Positions 27,351 through 40,428 are shown, numbered from the stretch's first letter. The stretch: DNA of 64,000 nt from Octopus sinensis (GCF_006345805.1 NC_043017.1:22878001-22942000), one strand, 5' to 3'. Made by a program: numbers and translations. The notes: a model not told the origin generated them from the sequence alone.

Positions 27351-28089
27351 ACTTTATTCAAACCAGCGTCTGATATTTTTCAAAGATCTGTTATGTCATG
27401 AGATTAATACCTCCTCTTCTGACCGTTTATGCACGGGCACACGACTAGATAGATATATACATAATATATCTACAGACATAGATACTATTCATCAACCGTC
27501 TGTAGATGTTAGTTAACGAAATGCCCTGCGACCCAGTTGTCGACGAAGTGCATGACTTGTTGCGCTCTTTCTTTTCTTTAACGCCAATCTCTTGCTAACG
27601 GCATTCTTGGTTTAACCCTTGCATTTCTCTGCAAACAGCCCCCTTGGACTAAGTGTAGACATTTTATTATTATTATTTTTTAAAACTTAAACCTTTCTTT
27701 CTAACCGACATATTTATGTGACTCTGTCTCTTATCTTACGAATCACTCCATCATCTGTAATTTAGCAAAATATTTGAATAGAGTCGAGATGAACTGGCCG
27801 TTTCTTCACCAGATCCCTCTATCACCGACTGAAATTCTTTGAATTGTTCTCATTAAATTAATATCACAAGATGCAAATATTAAAATATTTAGTACCAAAA
27901 CGAAGGCAATATTGATTTTTTTCCTTGTGCCTTTCAGTTAATATTTGGAAAAGTTGTCATTCAGTCTGTATCTATAATGAAAAAAATTGTACGTTTTAAA
28001 TATAATCTCCTTAAATCCTATTTTAACATCTTAGATTATATAATATTAATGGTCTAAACTCAATTACATTTCTCTCAATTATTACAGAG

Positions 28090-28691
28090 ATGGCTCCAGT
28101 TAATGAAACTTGCCCTGCTTCAGCTCACCTAATCAATAAATTAGGTGGTGAAACTGAAGAACAGGACAAAGTTACAAGAAGAACACCACTATGTGAGAAT
28201 GTGACCAGCAATGGCCAGGCAAAATGTAAACCCAATGCTGACTTTGAAGAAGAAACAGAATCAGTTTTCTGCAGTCCTAAATGCAATAAGGAAAATTGTT
28301 TGAGTTCTGTAAAATTTCACCATCCAAAACTTTCTACTAGTGTAAATGATTATAAACCCTACACTAGCCTCTCCTACTTAATTGATGAGGGCCCAGCTCA
28401 ACCAGCCACTCCAGAAAAGAAGTGGGACTCAACAGAATGTCATGAAGCACCACTCACTCCTACTGCCAACCTGAAAATGCTCTCAAGTGCTGTTAGTCCT
28501 GAGCTAAGGCGGCGGGACTTATTGCAAGAGGAGAAAACTAACAGGCATCTATTGTCTCAGTGTGATTGCAGTCAGCCAGAGTCTCCTCATGGACTCCTCA
28601 AAGAGAATAATTTCATCCAAGATACTGATTCGGGGAAAATGTTCACCACTGGTTCCCGAAAAGAGAAATCTCTTGGACTTTTATGCCAAAA
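28090..28691 (+). CDS. E2F8: E2F7/8 coding exon 1 (N-terminus, PTANLKML motif, start of DBD1 SRKEKSLGLLCQK)
   Basis: ATG at 28090 just after acceptor ttacag; donor AA|gtaaga at 28692; phase 2. Confidence 0.9.
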
Positions 28692-29709
28692 GTAAGAAAA
28701 TGGTTTTCTTTTTTTCCACCTTGTATATCTTCTTTCTTAGCAATTAAATATCTTTACAGTAACCTTTTTATAACAAATCTTCATTCAATTAAAAAAATTT
28801 TCATTATACCCTCTTCTTCACTGGAACATTCTGGTTGTATTATTTTTAAAAGACAAGCAAAGGCAACAAACTGGCAGAATCATTAGTGCATCGGGCAAAA
28901 GGCTCAGCATTACCAACCCGGCTGAAACCGGCTCTGGCTCTGAGTACAAATGTCTTGTTTTCATAAGTTTTGAATTAAAATCTTCCACCAAACCTTAGTC
29001 ACAATTTATGTTCCTAACACTAGCTGAATGATAATTAAGTTATTTTGATAAATTCTTTGTTATATCTAAAATAATTGAAAGAAACACAGAGCATCTCAAA
29101 ATAAATCCAGCAACGAAAGGGTTAATGTTCTGAGTTCAGATTCTGCCAAGGTCAGCTCTGCCTTTCATCTTTTTAGTATCAGTAAAATAAGTACCGGTTA
29201 TGTGCTGGGGTTATCATCTCCCCCCACTTCCCCAAAGATATGCATGAAATTTTAATATCTTGTATCGACAGTAAATAACAGTGAAAATCCATAGTTATAT
29301 TGATCTTCAGTGTTTGTGAGCAATCATTAACATAGTCTTCTATTGTTCATTTTGTTTTCCCTATTTATGATAAATGGTGAAATTCCAGATTAATGGATGT
29401 AGATCAAAGTCTGTCATGGGCTAAATTTAACTTAATATTGATCCTTAGTTTTCTACATTTGATGAAATTGTAAATCACAAAATCTCTTTGATAACAGTTA
29501 TTATTGCTAAAAAATAAATTGGTTTCCATATATAAACAGTTTGTAGTCAATACACGCACAAACAATCCAAGTAATAAGTTTTCAAAGTGGTAATTATTGG
29601 TTTTTCTTCAGTTTTTTTTATTTTTATCATAATCTAAGCAACAATAGAAATTTACAATTTTTGCTTAATTATATGTATTTATTTTTTACTTTTCCTATTT
29701 TATCTTCAG

Positions 29710-29789
29710 ATTTTTAGCCAAATATCCCAATTATCCTGATCAAAATGCTGGTATTGATATATCACTGGATGAAGTCGCGCGTGATCTAT
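29710..29789 (+). CDS. E2F8: E2F7/8 coding exon 2 (FLAKYPNYPDQNAGIDISLDEVARDL, DBD1)
   Basis: ttcag|A acceptor, T|gtaagt donor; continues the DBD1 frame. Confidence 0.92.
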
Positions 29790-30395
29790 GTAAGTAACTG
29801 GAAGAAATTGCTTCTGTTTCACAGAATGAGCATTGTCCAACAGTTATTTTGCTAAATTTGTGTAATTTCTTAACTTGTTTATAGCTCTTTAACCTTTTTG
29901 CATTCAGATTACTTTGTCAAATGTAATGCTTATTTATTGACATTGTTCTGAATTAATCCCTAGTCTCTTTAAAGAAAACAAATGAAAATATAACCTAATC
30001 TGCTGCCCGCTGAATTGAGATAGAGATTAATGCCACCATTCTTTAAGTGCTTCTAAAGTTGTTTTACAAACTCCTCATAGAATGATATCATATCCACTCA
30101 GCTATTGCTAATTATCTCTTCATTAATTTGATCTTACTTCAAAAGTGTTCAGCGAGTTTCATAGATTATTAATTGTCTAGACATTTATATTAATTTTATG
30201 ACTTTTTAAACTGTCTTGTTGATTTACTTTTATTAATCTAGTTAATTGACTTTTACAATTTGTTTCTGTGTTGATTAATGGAAATGATCAATCTTTTTTT
30301 TCTTTTAAACAATACGATTAGATATGATCTTCACTAATTAAGTGAATTTCTTTCAGTGTGTCCATTAATTGTCATTATTTCTTTTCTTTCAATAG

Positions 30396-30526
30396 CTGTT
30401 GGCCGGCGTCGAATCTATGACATCGTTAATGTGCTGGAGAGTGTGGAAATAGTCAGTAGGGTGGCCAAAAATAAATATGCATGGCATGGAAAGACAAATT
30501 TGTGTACAACACTCGCCAAACTAAAG
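30396..30526 (+). CDS. E2F8: E2F7/8 coding exon 3 ([35 protein letters not shown]1 recognition helix)
   Basis: aatag|CT acceptor, AAG|gtaacc donor; RRIYD signature. Confidence 0.95.
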
Positions 30527-31111
30527 GTAACCATATGACTGATTGCTTTCTTTCGTCAGGTCCTTATCAATTTTGACAAAGTGACTACATACGTGGAGGC
30601 GCAATGGCCCAGTGGTTAGGGCAGCGGACTTGCGGTCAGAGGATCTCGGTTTCGATTCCCAGACCGGGCGTTGTGTGTGTTTATTGAGCGAAAACACCTA
30701 AAAGCTCCACGAGGCTCCGGCAGGGGATGGTGGTGATCCCTGCTGTACTCTTTCACCACTCTAAAGGCAGTGCTCCAGCATGGCCGCAGTCAAATGACTG
30801 AAACAAGTACAAAAAAAAAAAATACCAATACCAGATCTCATCTATTTTTACTTTCCATTTACTGATATCCCCTAGAAAGACAAAATGATGCAATTATGCA
30901 TTCCATTTCTTTACATAAATCTAGGTTTAATTCAGATGTAAAAATTTCACTGATGAGTTCACTCATCTACAAATTCCAAGAGCAGTGGAAAGAAGCTCGC
31001 AAAAAAAATTAGGATCCTTTAAGGCCCTCATGCTTTCCGAAATCCGCCGAATCTACACCTGATTATATATACACTTTAGATGAGTTGTAGTGCACCTGAG
31101 CACTGTACACA

Positions 31112-31147
<36 letters not shown>

Positions 31148-31740
31148 AGGTTTCAATTCCTAAGAATCCAGGAACTAACCATTTTATATATAAAACATGT
31201 AATTTATTCTAGTATGTTGATAGTTTTATTCCTTGGGCACATGTCTTATATTATAGTCTTGGATCAACCAGAACTGAGTGAGATTTGGTTAGAAGAAGCT
31301 GTGCAGAAGCCTGCTTATAGGATTGTTCTTGTTCTTGAGAGGTAGATTTAATCCAGTACCAATTTTAACATCACAACCTGGCCCTTGGGTGGTTTCAGCA
31401 TTCAAACCAGTTATCCAGCCTGAGGAGAGGATAATTTCATCTGTTTTTTTATGGGCATCAGCTGTATAAAGGAATTAGTTTCAATCAGAAATTGAAACAG
31501 TATTACACTCTCAATCTGAGAGCAGCCCACCTCTTGTTGTACAGTTGTAACTGCTTTTCTGATGTTAACATTCTATTGTTACCTAGCTTGTATTCAGTAA
31601 AGAAATTAGCTCTTTGACTAAAAAAAAGGTGACACTGGTAGACTCCACAGCTGATTTTATCAAGTAAATTTATCCATTACTGTATAAATACGCTTCCTTG
31701 TGTTTCTTGATAGTATTTTTATATTTCTGTTATTGTTTAG

Positions 31741-31876
31741 GCCTTAGCTGAGCAAGAGGGTTTTCGAGAACAAATGAATCGACTGAAAGAATATGAACTA
31801 AAGAAAGAATTAGTTGATAATTCTCGCTCTTATTCATCAACAAATGACTTGGATAACTTCTCTGAATCTGATCAAG
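31741..31876 (+). CDS. E2F8: E2F7/8 coding exon 4 (inter-DBD linker ALAEQEGFREQMNRLKEYELKKE...)
   Basis: tttag|GCC acceptor, G|gtaaga donor; phase-compatible on both sides. Confidence 0.88.
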
Positions 31877-32314
31877 GTAAGAAGCACACAAAGAAATTCA
31901 GTGTCACGGCCTCTTTCTTGAGAATTGTCACCCTTCAATGTAGAGTTTATTATAGTTGTGGCTGCGTATTATTGAATGCTGTATTTCATGGCATAAAAGA
32001 TGCACATGCATATTAGGTACACCCCAATTTCAACAGCGCGTTTCCAGGGTAAAATGTACTGGGTGCTATTTTATACCACCAGCGATAGTGAGATTGCCAT
32101 GCAGTTTGCAAGAAAGACTACAAACCCCAAATGTACAGAAAGAGAGAGAGAGAGAGAAATGTAATCAACTATTCCATTTCCCTCAATATTAAACCCTCAG
32201 CTGTGTCAGAAACCCTTAGTTGAATTTATACAAACAATGCAGTTGTTACTCTTTGGGAATTTCGTAAATTCTTGTAAGATATTAGGCTGATTCATCCCTC
32301 TATACATCGTTTCT

Positions 32315-32917
32315 TTAACTGTTTTGCATTCAGATTAACTGAATTGACAATACATTATCTTGCAGCTTCAAGATTTTGATGATGTAACAGTTTAATTTTT
32401 AGAATGACATTATAGGATATGTGTGAGTGACTGGATCTGGCCAGTTTGAACATAAAATTGCTAGAGGTTTTGGGCCACATATGGCCAGTTTAACCCTTTA
32501 GCATTCAGATTCTTCTGTCAAATGTAAAGCTTATATATTCACACTATGTAAAATTAATCTTGCATCATTTCATGGCTTTGAGATTTCAATGATGTGATTG
32601 TTTATTTTTAAAATGACACCTTATTAGGTAGCTATGAATGACCATATCTGACTAGTTTGAACATAAAATAGGTAGAATATTTTGGCCGGATATGGCCGGT
32701 TTAACCCTTTAGTGTTCAGATTATTCTATCAAACATAATGCTTATTGATTCCCATTGATTTGAATTAATCATGCATTATCTCATATCTTCAAGAGCTTGA
32801 TGGTGTAATTACTTAATGTAGAATAACATTGTTGGGTAGGTGTGAGAGCCTGGATCTGGTCAGTTTGAACATAAAACAGATTAGCTATTTTGGCCAGTTT
32901 AAATACTAAAGGGTTAA
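32315..32917. mobile_element. Head-to-tail array of three TTAA-CCC..GGG-TTAA (piggyBac-like) MITE units
   Basis: Units start at 32315, 32490 and 32701; array ends AAAGGGTTAA. Relatives at ~29888 and ~39980. Confidence 0.65.
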
Positions 32918-32997
32918 ATGCTGAAAGGTTAAAGAAATGTTCTTTATATGAGACTTCATTATCATTTATACTAAAGGAATTTCTTTTCATTTTACAG

Positions 32998-33089
32998 ATA
33001 TCTCAAATTTATCCAACATACCCAAGTTTCTAGAAAAGTCATTAGGTATCATGAGCCAGAAATTTTTGATGTTGTTTCTAGTTTTAAAG
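32998..33089 (+). CDS. E2F8: E2F7/8 coding exon 5 (DISNLSNIPKFLEKSLGIMSQKFLMLFLVLK, start of DBD2)
   Basis: ttacag|AT acceptor, AAG|gtaagt donor; KSLGIMSQKFLMLFL matches DBD2 helix 1. An in-frame alternative acceptor exists at 33033/33034. Confidence 0.88.
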
Positions 33090-33769
33090 GTAAGTTCTGT
33101 TTGTTTTGTTTGCTTTTACATTTTCTGTTTGTGTTTTTAGTCATGGCTCTTGTCTGCCTAAGATGCTTGTTTTTGCAGCTGTCTGGCTTTTGAGTTCAGT
33201 CCCACCGTGCAGCACCTTGAGCAAGTGTCTTCTACTATAGCCCCAGGTTGACTAAGGTCTTTTGAACAAACTAGGTAGATGGAAACAACCATTGTGTGTG
33301 TGTTTGAATGTTGATATTCCATGCTTGTCACTACTTGGGTGAAATAGCTATGATGTTGACATTATGACGGGTCACTCTGTGTTTTTGACACCCTAGAACA
33401 GAAACATAAATTCCTTGATAAACAGGTGACAGGAAGAATATCTGGCTGTAAAATTCTGCCTCCATCTATTTCTTCAAATGTACTATAAACAAATGATAGA
33501 ACACAAAATGGACTATTTTTTTTACTCTAACTATTCTTGGTCAAGCCCAACCTGTGGCTAAACAAGGGTTAATCAGTTATTCAGTCAGCTGCAAGTTTCA
33601 TGTTTGGTACTACTCTACAATTTCTTGCTGTACATGTTGACCTGTATTTGTTTATCGTGTGATACACTTCAGCAGCAAGCTGGCAGAATTGTTAACGCAC
33701 CACGCAAAAGACTTAGAGGTATTTCTTTCCTTGCTACATTCTGAGTTCAAATTCCACCAAGATCTACTT

Positions 33770-34055
33770 CAGTGATTCCCAGACTTTTTCGGTTTGCTGC
33801 CCCCTTGACACCCAGGCCACTTTCCTAGCGCCCCCAACCCAACTAACCATCACAAGCAAACTGCTGAAGCAAATCCAAAGCAACTGTATTTCACAAATGA
33901 ACTTATTTTGTTTGTTTTTACACGAATTTCTAATCCATTATCACCCCACTTTTTACATGAATCTGTACCCCCATTATCACCCCACTTCTGCAATGCCCCT
34001 TTGGAACTTTCCACTGCCCCCAGTGGGGCAATACTGCCTACTTTGAGAACCACTG
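33770..34055. mobile_element. hAT-type MITE nested in a SINE B copy
   Basis: TIRs CAGTGATTCCCA / TGAGAACCACTG; 8-bp TSD ATCTACTT / GTCTACTT. Confidence 0.75.
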
Positions 34056-34722
34056 GTCTACTTCATCTTTCATCCTTTCGGTATCAATGTAATTAGATAC
34101 CAGTTGAATGCTGGATTCAGTGCAATTGACTTAATATCTCCTGGGTATGAATATATGAACTGCACTCCTCTGTCAAGCCAGTGTGACAGAGTAAACCCTT
34201 CAAACCAGTATGATCTCAAAATTAAATTCATGGCTTACACATCAGGTTGTGATTGGTGGAGAGAACATGCTGAAACCTTCAGTGAACTAAATATGGGCAA
34301 TCCAATCCAAAAACACTTAGCAACGAGGAAACTATCTTTCTACACATCGGTGCCCAATCACCAACCACTTTACAGCATAGAGTGCATTTTACCATGGCAC
34401 TGGCTTAAGAAATATTGTCACCTACAAGACTGAAGATCCCTCTTTACCCTTCCCTGTCTCACTGATGTATATGATATTGGGTTCAAATTCTGGCACAAGG
34501 CCAGCAAGTTCAGCAGTGAGGCTAAGTCAGTTACATCAACCCCAGTGCTCAACTGGTACTTATTTTATGAACCCCAAACAGATGAAATCTGAAAACTCAG
34601 AATGTAAAGTTGGACAAAATGCCACTAAGCATTTTGCCTGACATGCTAACAATAATGCCAGCCCACCACCTCTGATGTCACTTATATATATAATATTAAA
34701 CGATGATTATTTTCTTTTCTAG

Positions 34723-34807
34723 CCCAAAACAGTAAATCTCGATTTGGCAGCAAAAATCCTGATTGGTAACATGACGGTAGATAAAACTGAAAATTCTAAA
34801 TTCAAAA
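34723..34807 (+). CDS. E2F8: E2F7/8 coding exon 6 (PKTVNLDLAAKILIG...SKFK, DBD2)
   Basis: ttctag|CCC acceptor, A|gtgagt donor; AAKILIG motif. Confidence 0.92.
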
Positions 34808-35072
34808 GTGAGTTTAACATTTGATTCATTCATTCTTTATATCTGTTTTTTTTTTTTTTTTACTATGCTAGCGTGGATGTCTACTTGCTTTTAAGTCATT
34901 GTTTTACAACTTGGACGCTTTTTATAACTTTGCCTTATCTGTTTCTTTTAAGTAGGAGGCTTTGTAGTTAACTTGTTTTCAAAAGCACATCTCTACAGCA
35001 TTATTTATCAACAGAGAATGCAACATAACATCACCCATTTTTTTAAAGTGGTTTCATTCAGGGAGGCAGAAT

Positions 35073-35427
35073 GAAGTAGCTTGCTAACCAACCACATGGT
35101 TCCGGGTTCAGTCCCACTGCGTGGCATCTTGGGCAAGTGTCTTCTGCTATAGCCTCGGGCCGACCAATGCCTTGTGAGTGGATTTGGTTGACGGAAACTG
35201 AAAGAAGCCTGTCGTATATATGTATATATATATATGTGTTTGTCCCCCTAGCATTGCTTGACAACCGATGCTGGTGTGTTTGCGTCCCCGTCACTTGGCG
35301 GTTCGGCAAAACAGACTGATAGAATAAGTACTGGGCTTACAAAGAATAAGTCCCGGGGTCGATTTGCTCGACTAAAGGCGGTGCTCCAGCATAGCCGCAG
35401 TCAAATGATTGAAACAAGTAAAAGAGT
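35073..35427 (+). mobile_element. SINE family A copy (E2F intron)
   Basis: Same family sequence. Confidence 0.88.
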
Positions 35428-35750
35428 ATGCCACTTTCCCTTACAAGGCATCAGTTGACCTGATGCTAGTGTAACAGGGCAACTGTTCATGGTAGCAAGC
35501 AGTGAAAAAGAACTAGAAAGTATAGCCCTGCCTGCAACATATAGACACATACATGCTCATCTATCCAAATCAGTTGTGACATTCATACTGTTGACGTATG
35601 TAAGGAATAATAGCAGTGATCATACTAGTATCGATACATATTGATAATAGCTATCTGATTAGTGTATCTTCCTGTGTTAGGTTGTTCTTCTGTCACCTTT
35701 TGTTGTACATTTTGTCTTATTCTCTTTTTTAAATTCTATTTTCCTTCCAG

Positions 35751-35894
35751 CAAAAATTCGCCGTCTTTATGATATCGCTAACATCTTGACTAGTTTAGGG
35801 TTAATCCGTAAAATTCACGTCACAGAGATCCGGGGTAGGAAGCCAGCATTCAAGTATATCGGGCCTGAAGTAGACAGTTCAACTGACATCAGTA
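35751..35894 (+). CDS. E2F8: E2F7/8 coding exon 7 ([42 protein letters not shown]2)
   Basis: ttccag|CA acceptor, A|gtaagt donor; RRLYDIAN and GRKPAF motifs. Confidence 0.95.
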
Positions 35895-36039
35895 GTAAGT
35901 TGCCTTGCTTTTGTTGTTTTTTTCTCTTTTTGTCTCTCTCTCTCTCTCTCTATTTCTCCATCTTTATTGCTCCTATTCTCATACTTTCTGTCTATCTCAC
36001 CCTCAGTTTCTTAACACTAATAGTTTTTTTTAAATTCAG

Positions 36040-36111
36040 CTTGTAGCACTGATGGATGTCACAGACCAAGTTCCAGGCATTCTTTGCTTGACTGTGTCAA
36101 AAATCAAAAAA
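36040..36111 (+). CDS. E2F8: E2F7/8 coding exon 8 ([24 protein letters not shown])
   Basis: ttcag|CT acceptor, A|gtaagt donor; 72 nt, phase 1-1, open frame. Confidence 0.75.
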
Positions 36112-36662
36112 GTAAGTTATAGAATTTTTTTTTTCCTTTTTTTAACATTTTGAATTTTCCAAATTTGTGCTGATCTCTAGTTCCAGTTTTTAATCCTTTT
36201 CTTTCCATATTTCACTCCATATTCTGTACATTTGTTTGAATGAAAAAAAAAAACTAGTAAAATAAGTTTGTCAGTATTAAGCTGTTGTTTGGAACAAATT
36301 AACATGAAATTTTGAAGGAATCTTAATTTAGATCACTTTAATCCTTTCTGATACCAAACTGCTTGACACAGTCCCAGGTTATGTGCTTCTTCTTTTAAAT
36401 TAAAACTGTCTGCCAAAATTTTATGTAAATTTAAGTTCCAATCATCAGGTTAATGATTTTCTTAAGTTGTTTTCTAAATCCTTCCTTATTTTCAATTTTA
36501 ACTGAAAACAACGACAGTGTATGTATCCAACAGAAATATGGTAAGAAGGGTTAAAACAGGAAGCTTGTATCAATAGAACAAGGGTCAGTCTCATCATTGG
36601 TTGATATCAATAGGGTTAAAACTTTTTTTACTTAATCGTATAGAACCACACTATATACCTAT

Positions 36663-36887
36663 TTCTTTATTACCCACAAGGGGCTAAACATAGAGGGGAC
36701 AAACAAGGACAGACATTGGTATTAAGTCGATTACAGCGACCCCAGTGTGTAACTGGTACTTAATTTATCGACCCCGAAAGGATGAAAGGCAAAGTCGACC
36801 TCGGCGGAATTTGAACTCCCAACGTAACGACAGACGAAATACAGCCACGCATTTCGCTGGCGTGCTAACGTTTCTGCCAGCTCGCCG
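36663..36887 (-). mobile_element. SINE family B copy (E2F intron)
   Basis: Reverse complement of 40729-40948, close to 90% similar by eye. Confidence 0.88.
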
Positions 36888-37920
36888 TTTTATTTTTAAT
36901 ACCATCACCATATACCCCCTGCCCATCATACACTGATGACAATTTTAGTAGTTGTTCATTTAAAGCATTGAAGAGACATAACTCTTCTGTAACCCCTACC
37001 GAAATACAGACCTCAGGCTTTAACGGCCCCTTTGCTCTCATTTAGCTGCATCTGCGACACTCTTCCATAGATCCTGTTTTGTTGTGCAGACAAAATCTCC
37101 CTCGCATCATATGCAATATCTTGGACATGAAGTAGTTGCTGCTGGAAAATTACTTGTCGCTAGTCTTCTCCAATAAAAGTTAGTTTGTGAATAAACATCA
37201 TCAAAGTTTGCATATTGCTGCAGTATTTATTTCACTTGTCTGTCAATGAACTACTTGCCATCATCTCTCTAACAACATCCACTTCTATGCAGATGTACAC
37301 AAAAAGTGTATATTTCAATAGAAATATGGTAACATGGGGTTCAATATTCGTTTCTACTCTAGGCACAAGGCCCGAAAATTTTGGTGAGGGGGTGCCAATC
37401 AATTAGATCGATCCCAGTATGCAACTGGTACTTAATTTATCAACCCCACCCTGAAAGGATGAAAGGCAATTTGACCTCGGCGGAATTTGAACTCAGAACA
37501 TGAAGACAGAAGAAATATCAGCGTTTTGCCCAGCATGCTAACTTTTCAACCAGCTCACCACCTTAAATGGGGCTAAATATTGTTAAAGTGATTTGGGTGT
37601 TAATGATTCAGAAAAATTGAAACTGAAAAATTAATCTGGCATTTGGTACAAAATCTATATATGGAAATGTTTGTCAGCATTTTGTGTGCCTTGTTTTGTT
37701 GTAGTAGCTTCCACAAACTGTTTACCCCTCTTGATATTAGCCCACTTAAGACTGTCAGTGGTTTTATGATACAAACTTCCCATTTTAAAAGTGATATAGA
37801 TTCAAATCTTCCTCTCAAAATTTATATATCAAACATCAGCCTAATATGACAATTCTTTTATTAAATTCTTTATTATTTCTACAATTAAAACAAGGGTAGT
37901 GTATTTGGAGAGGAATATAT

Positions 37921-38060
37921 TAGGTTGTCCCAAAAGTTCGTAAACACTTGCGAAAATTGAATTTTTACTCGCCAAGTACTAACAAAAACAACAAAAATTA
38001 TTCCTCAAAATAAAGACCATTATTTTCCAAGACTTTCTACGAACTTTTGGGACAACCTTA
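37921..38060. mobile_element. Mariner-like MITE (~140 bp)
   Basis: TIR AGGTTGTCCCAAAAGTTCGTA; near-identical copy at ~53345-53485. Confidence 0.85.
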
Positions 38061-38174
38061 TAGTAATGAAAGGGTTAAGCTATCCACTTTTGTATTGCAG
38101 AAAAAATATACAGATTTGTGTGTTGCAATGTAGCATATTTCTGTTAATGTCCTTTTTTTTTTTTTATTTTTCAG

Positions 38175-38243
38175 TTGCTAATATTCTCAACAACAAACCT
38201 GGAAAATCAGGACTTCAGGGTGACAGTCCCTTGACATCACAAG
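38175..38243 (+). CDS. E2F8: E2F7/8 coding exon 9 (IANILNNKPGKSGLQGDSPLTSQ)
   Basis: Long T tract then tcag|TT, G|gtacat donor; 69 nt, phase 1-1. Confidence 0.7.
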
Positions 38244-38999
38244 GTACATTTTAGTTTTGTCGTTAAACTTAAGATCTTAACAGCTTCTCAACAAACCACC
38301 TCCTCCTCAAATATTCCTCCCCACCCTACTTCTATTTAGATGAAGCAGCTCTTTCCATGTTTGTTTTCTGTCTTGCAAGTTACTTGGCAACTGCACTTGC
38401 GCTGATGGCTTGATAAAAAAAAAACACTCAGTACATACTGTAAAGTGGTTGGCATTAGGAAGAGCATCCAGCAGTAGAAACCATGCCGAAGCTGACATTG
38501 GAGCTCAGTGCAACCCTGCAGCTTGCTGGATGCTCTCAAACCGTCTGACCCATGCAAGCATGGAAAATGGTCGTTAAATGATGATCAAAAATCAACTCTT
38601 GTTCACTTGGAAAGCTGCAAAATTCTTGGTTTATCAAAGAAGTTTGCAAAGAGAAAGCTTGGGGTTGCTGGCCAGTTCCAGAATTCAGCCAGCTTTGTTT
38701 ATACCACTTTTCTAGGTAACCAGTGTTATGCTTGCAAAGGCCTGCTTGGTCACTTGAATTTCTCCATGTCCATAGTTTAGAGAAGTGGCTAATATCTCAA
38801 GTGTGCAGGTTTGCAATTATACAATTTCAACTGGTGATGCCTGTATGTTCCATCACTGCAGGACAAGACCTAGTCTACCTATATAGTCTGTTCTACAAGA
38901 AATTAGTGTGTGTGTAATTGGTTATAGTGTAGCATACACAGAACTGCACTCCAGCATATGTATGTGTGTAAATTTCTGCTTTTGGAAATCTGCATAAGT

Positions 39000-39388
39000 G
39001 CAGGAGTGGCTGTGTGGTAAGTAGCTTGCTTACCAACCACATGGATTCGGGTTCAGTCCCACTGCGTGGCACCTTGGGCAAGTGTCTTCTACTATAGCCT
39101 CGGGCCGACTAAAGCCTTGTGAGTGGATTTGGTAGATGGAAACTGAAAGAAGCCCGTCGTATATATATATATATGTATGTATGTGTGTGTGTCTGTGTTT
39201 GTCCCCCCCAACATTGTTTGACAACCGATGCTGGTGTGCTTGCGTCCCCATAACTTAGCGGTTCAGCAAAAGAGACCGATAGAGTAAGTAGTAGGCTTAC
39301 AAAGAATAAGTCCTAGGGTCGATTTGCTCAACTAAAGGCGGTGCTCCAGCACGGCCGCAGTCAAATGACTGAAACAAGTAAAAAAGAG
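39000..39388 (+). mobile_element. SINE family A copy (E2F intron)
   Basis: Full head to tail. Confidence 0.9.
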
Positions 39389-39615
39389 AATACGTTTCTA
39401 TTGTTGCTATTTACTGCAGTTGCTTTTAGAATTGAACATGTTCTTAATGCTAAATCTCAAATAATTTGATTTCTTGTTTGGAATTCCAAATTTCTAAAAA
39501 AAAATTTTCTTGCTTTAAATGTTTTTCTTTTGTTCTTTTTTTTTCTCTTCTATTGTATGAAATATTTTCCAAATATATTAAATTGATGTAATTTTCATGT
39601 AAATATTTATTTCAG

Positions 39616-39759
39616 ATGATTTATTCTGTCATGGCGCCATCACATCAAAGAAGTCCTTCTCTCGTCATTCATCTTTTGATAGTATTTGTGAAGTGGCTGA
39701 GAAAGAACGAACGAAATTGTTTTCTCAGCCTTCAACGCCACTGAAGGAAAATAAGGCTG
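39616..39759 (+). CDS. E2F8: E2F7/8 coding exon 10 (..KKSFSRHSSFDSICEVAEKER..PLKENKA)
   Basis: ttcag|AT acceptor, G|gtaagt donor; 144 nt, phase 1-1; RHSSF motif resembling the post-DBD2 motif of E2F7/8. Confidence 0.85.
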
Positions 39760-40287
39760 GTAAGTTTAAATTTGCTTTGTATTTGTATGTATTGTATCAG
39801 TTCACAGGATCACAAGCCAAATGGTTTCTCAGTCGACATTGAGCTTCAAAGCAATTAACATGAAAACTACTTAGTGTGAACGTAACTTCTGTTTACTCCA
39901 CTTTGGAATATCCTTTGGAAAGCCATGAACATCACAGAATTTCCTCATCGCTTTTAGTGTTTCTACATTCAGGTTTCTCTGTCAAATGTAATGCTTGTTT
40001 ATTATTACCTTGCATGCTTAAGCAAAAGCAGGGTATTGTAGTCACTCACCTTTGTCTGTTTGCAAAATTACTGGAAAACGGTTGAACAGATTTTTACTGA
40101 ATTTGGCAGAAATACTCACTGGGTGAGTGGCTTAAAATTATGAAAATTTGATTTGATTATCTGAAAACACACATAAATATGTACATAGATATGCGACTGT
40201 GTGTGTGTATATACAGTGATGGATTCGAGGGTTTCATTTATCTACGAGTTGATTTCTTAATTTCACTGGAGTTAAGTTAATTACCTG

Positions 40288-40428
40288 CTGGCTTGACACC
40301 ATCAAGAGTGATACCGGAATGGACATAGCCAGTCTGAAAGAAGCGGCCCAGGATAGAACTGACTGGAGGACACTGATCCAATGAGCAACCGGGAGTCGAC
40401 TTCGACTGAGCGGATAGATAGATAGATA
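40288..40428 (+). mobile_element. 5'-truncated RTE (BovB-like) LINE 3' end
   Basis: LDTIKSDTGMDIASLKEAAQDRTDWRTLIQ followed by a (GATA)n tail. Confidence 0.7.
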
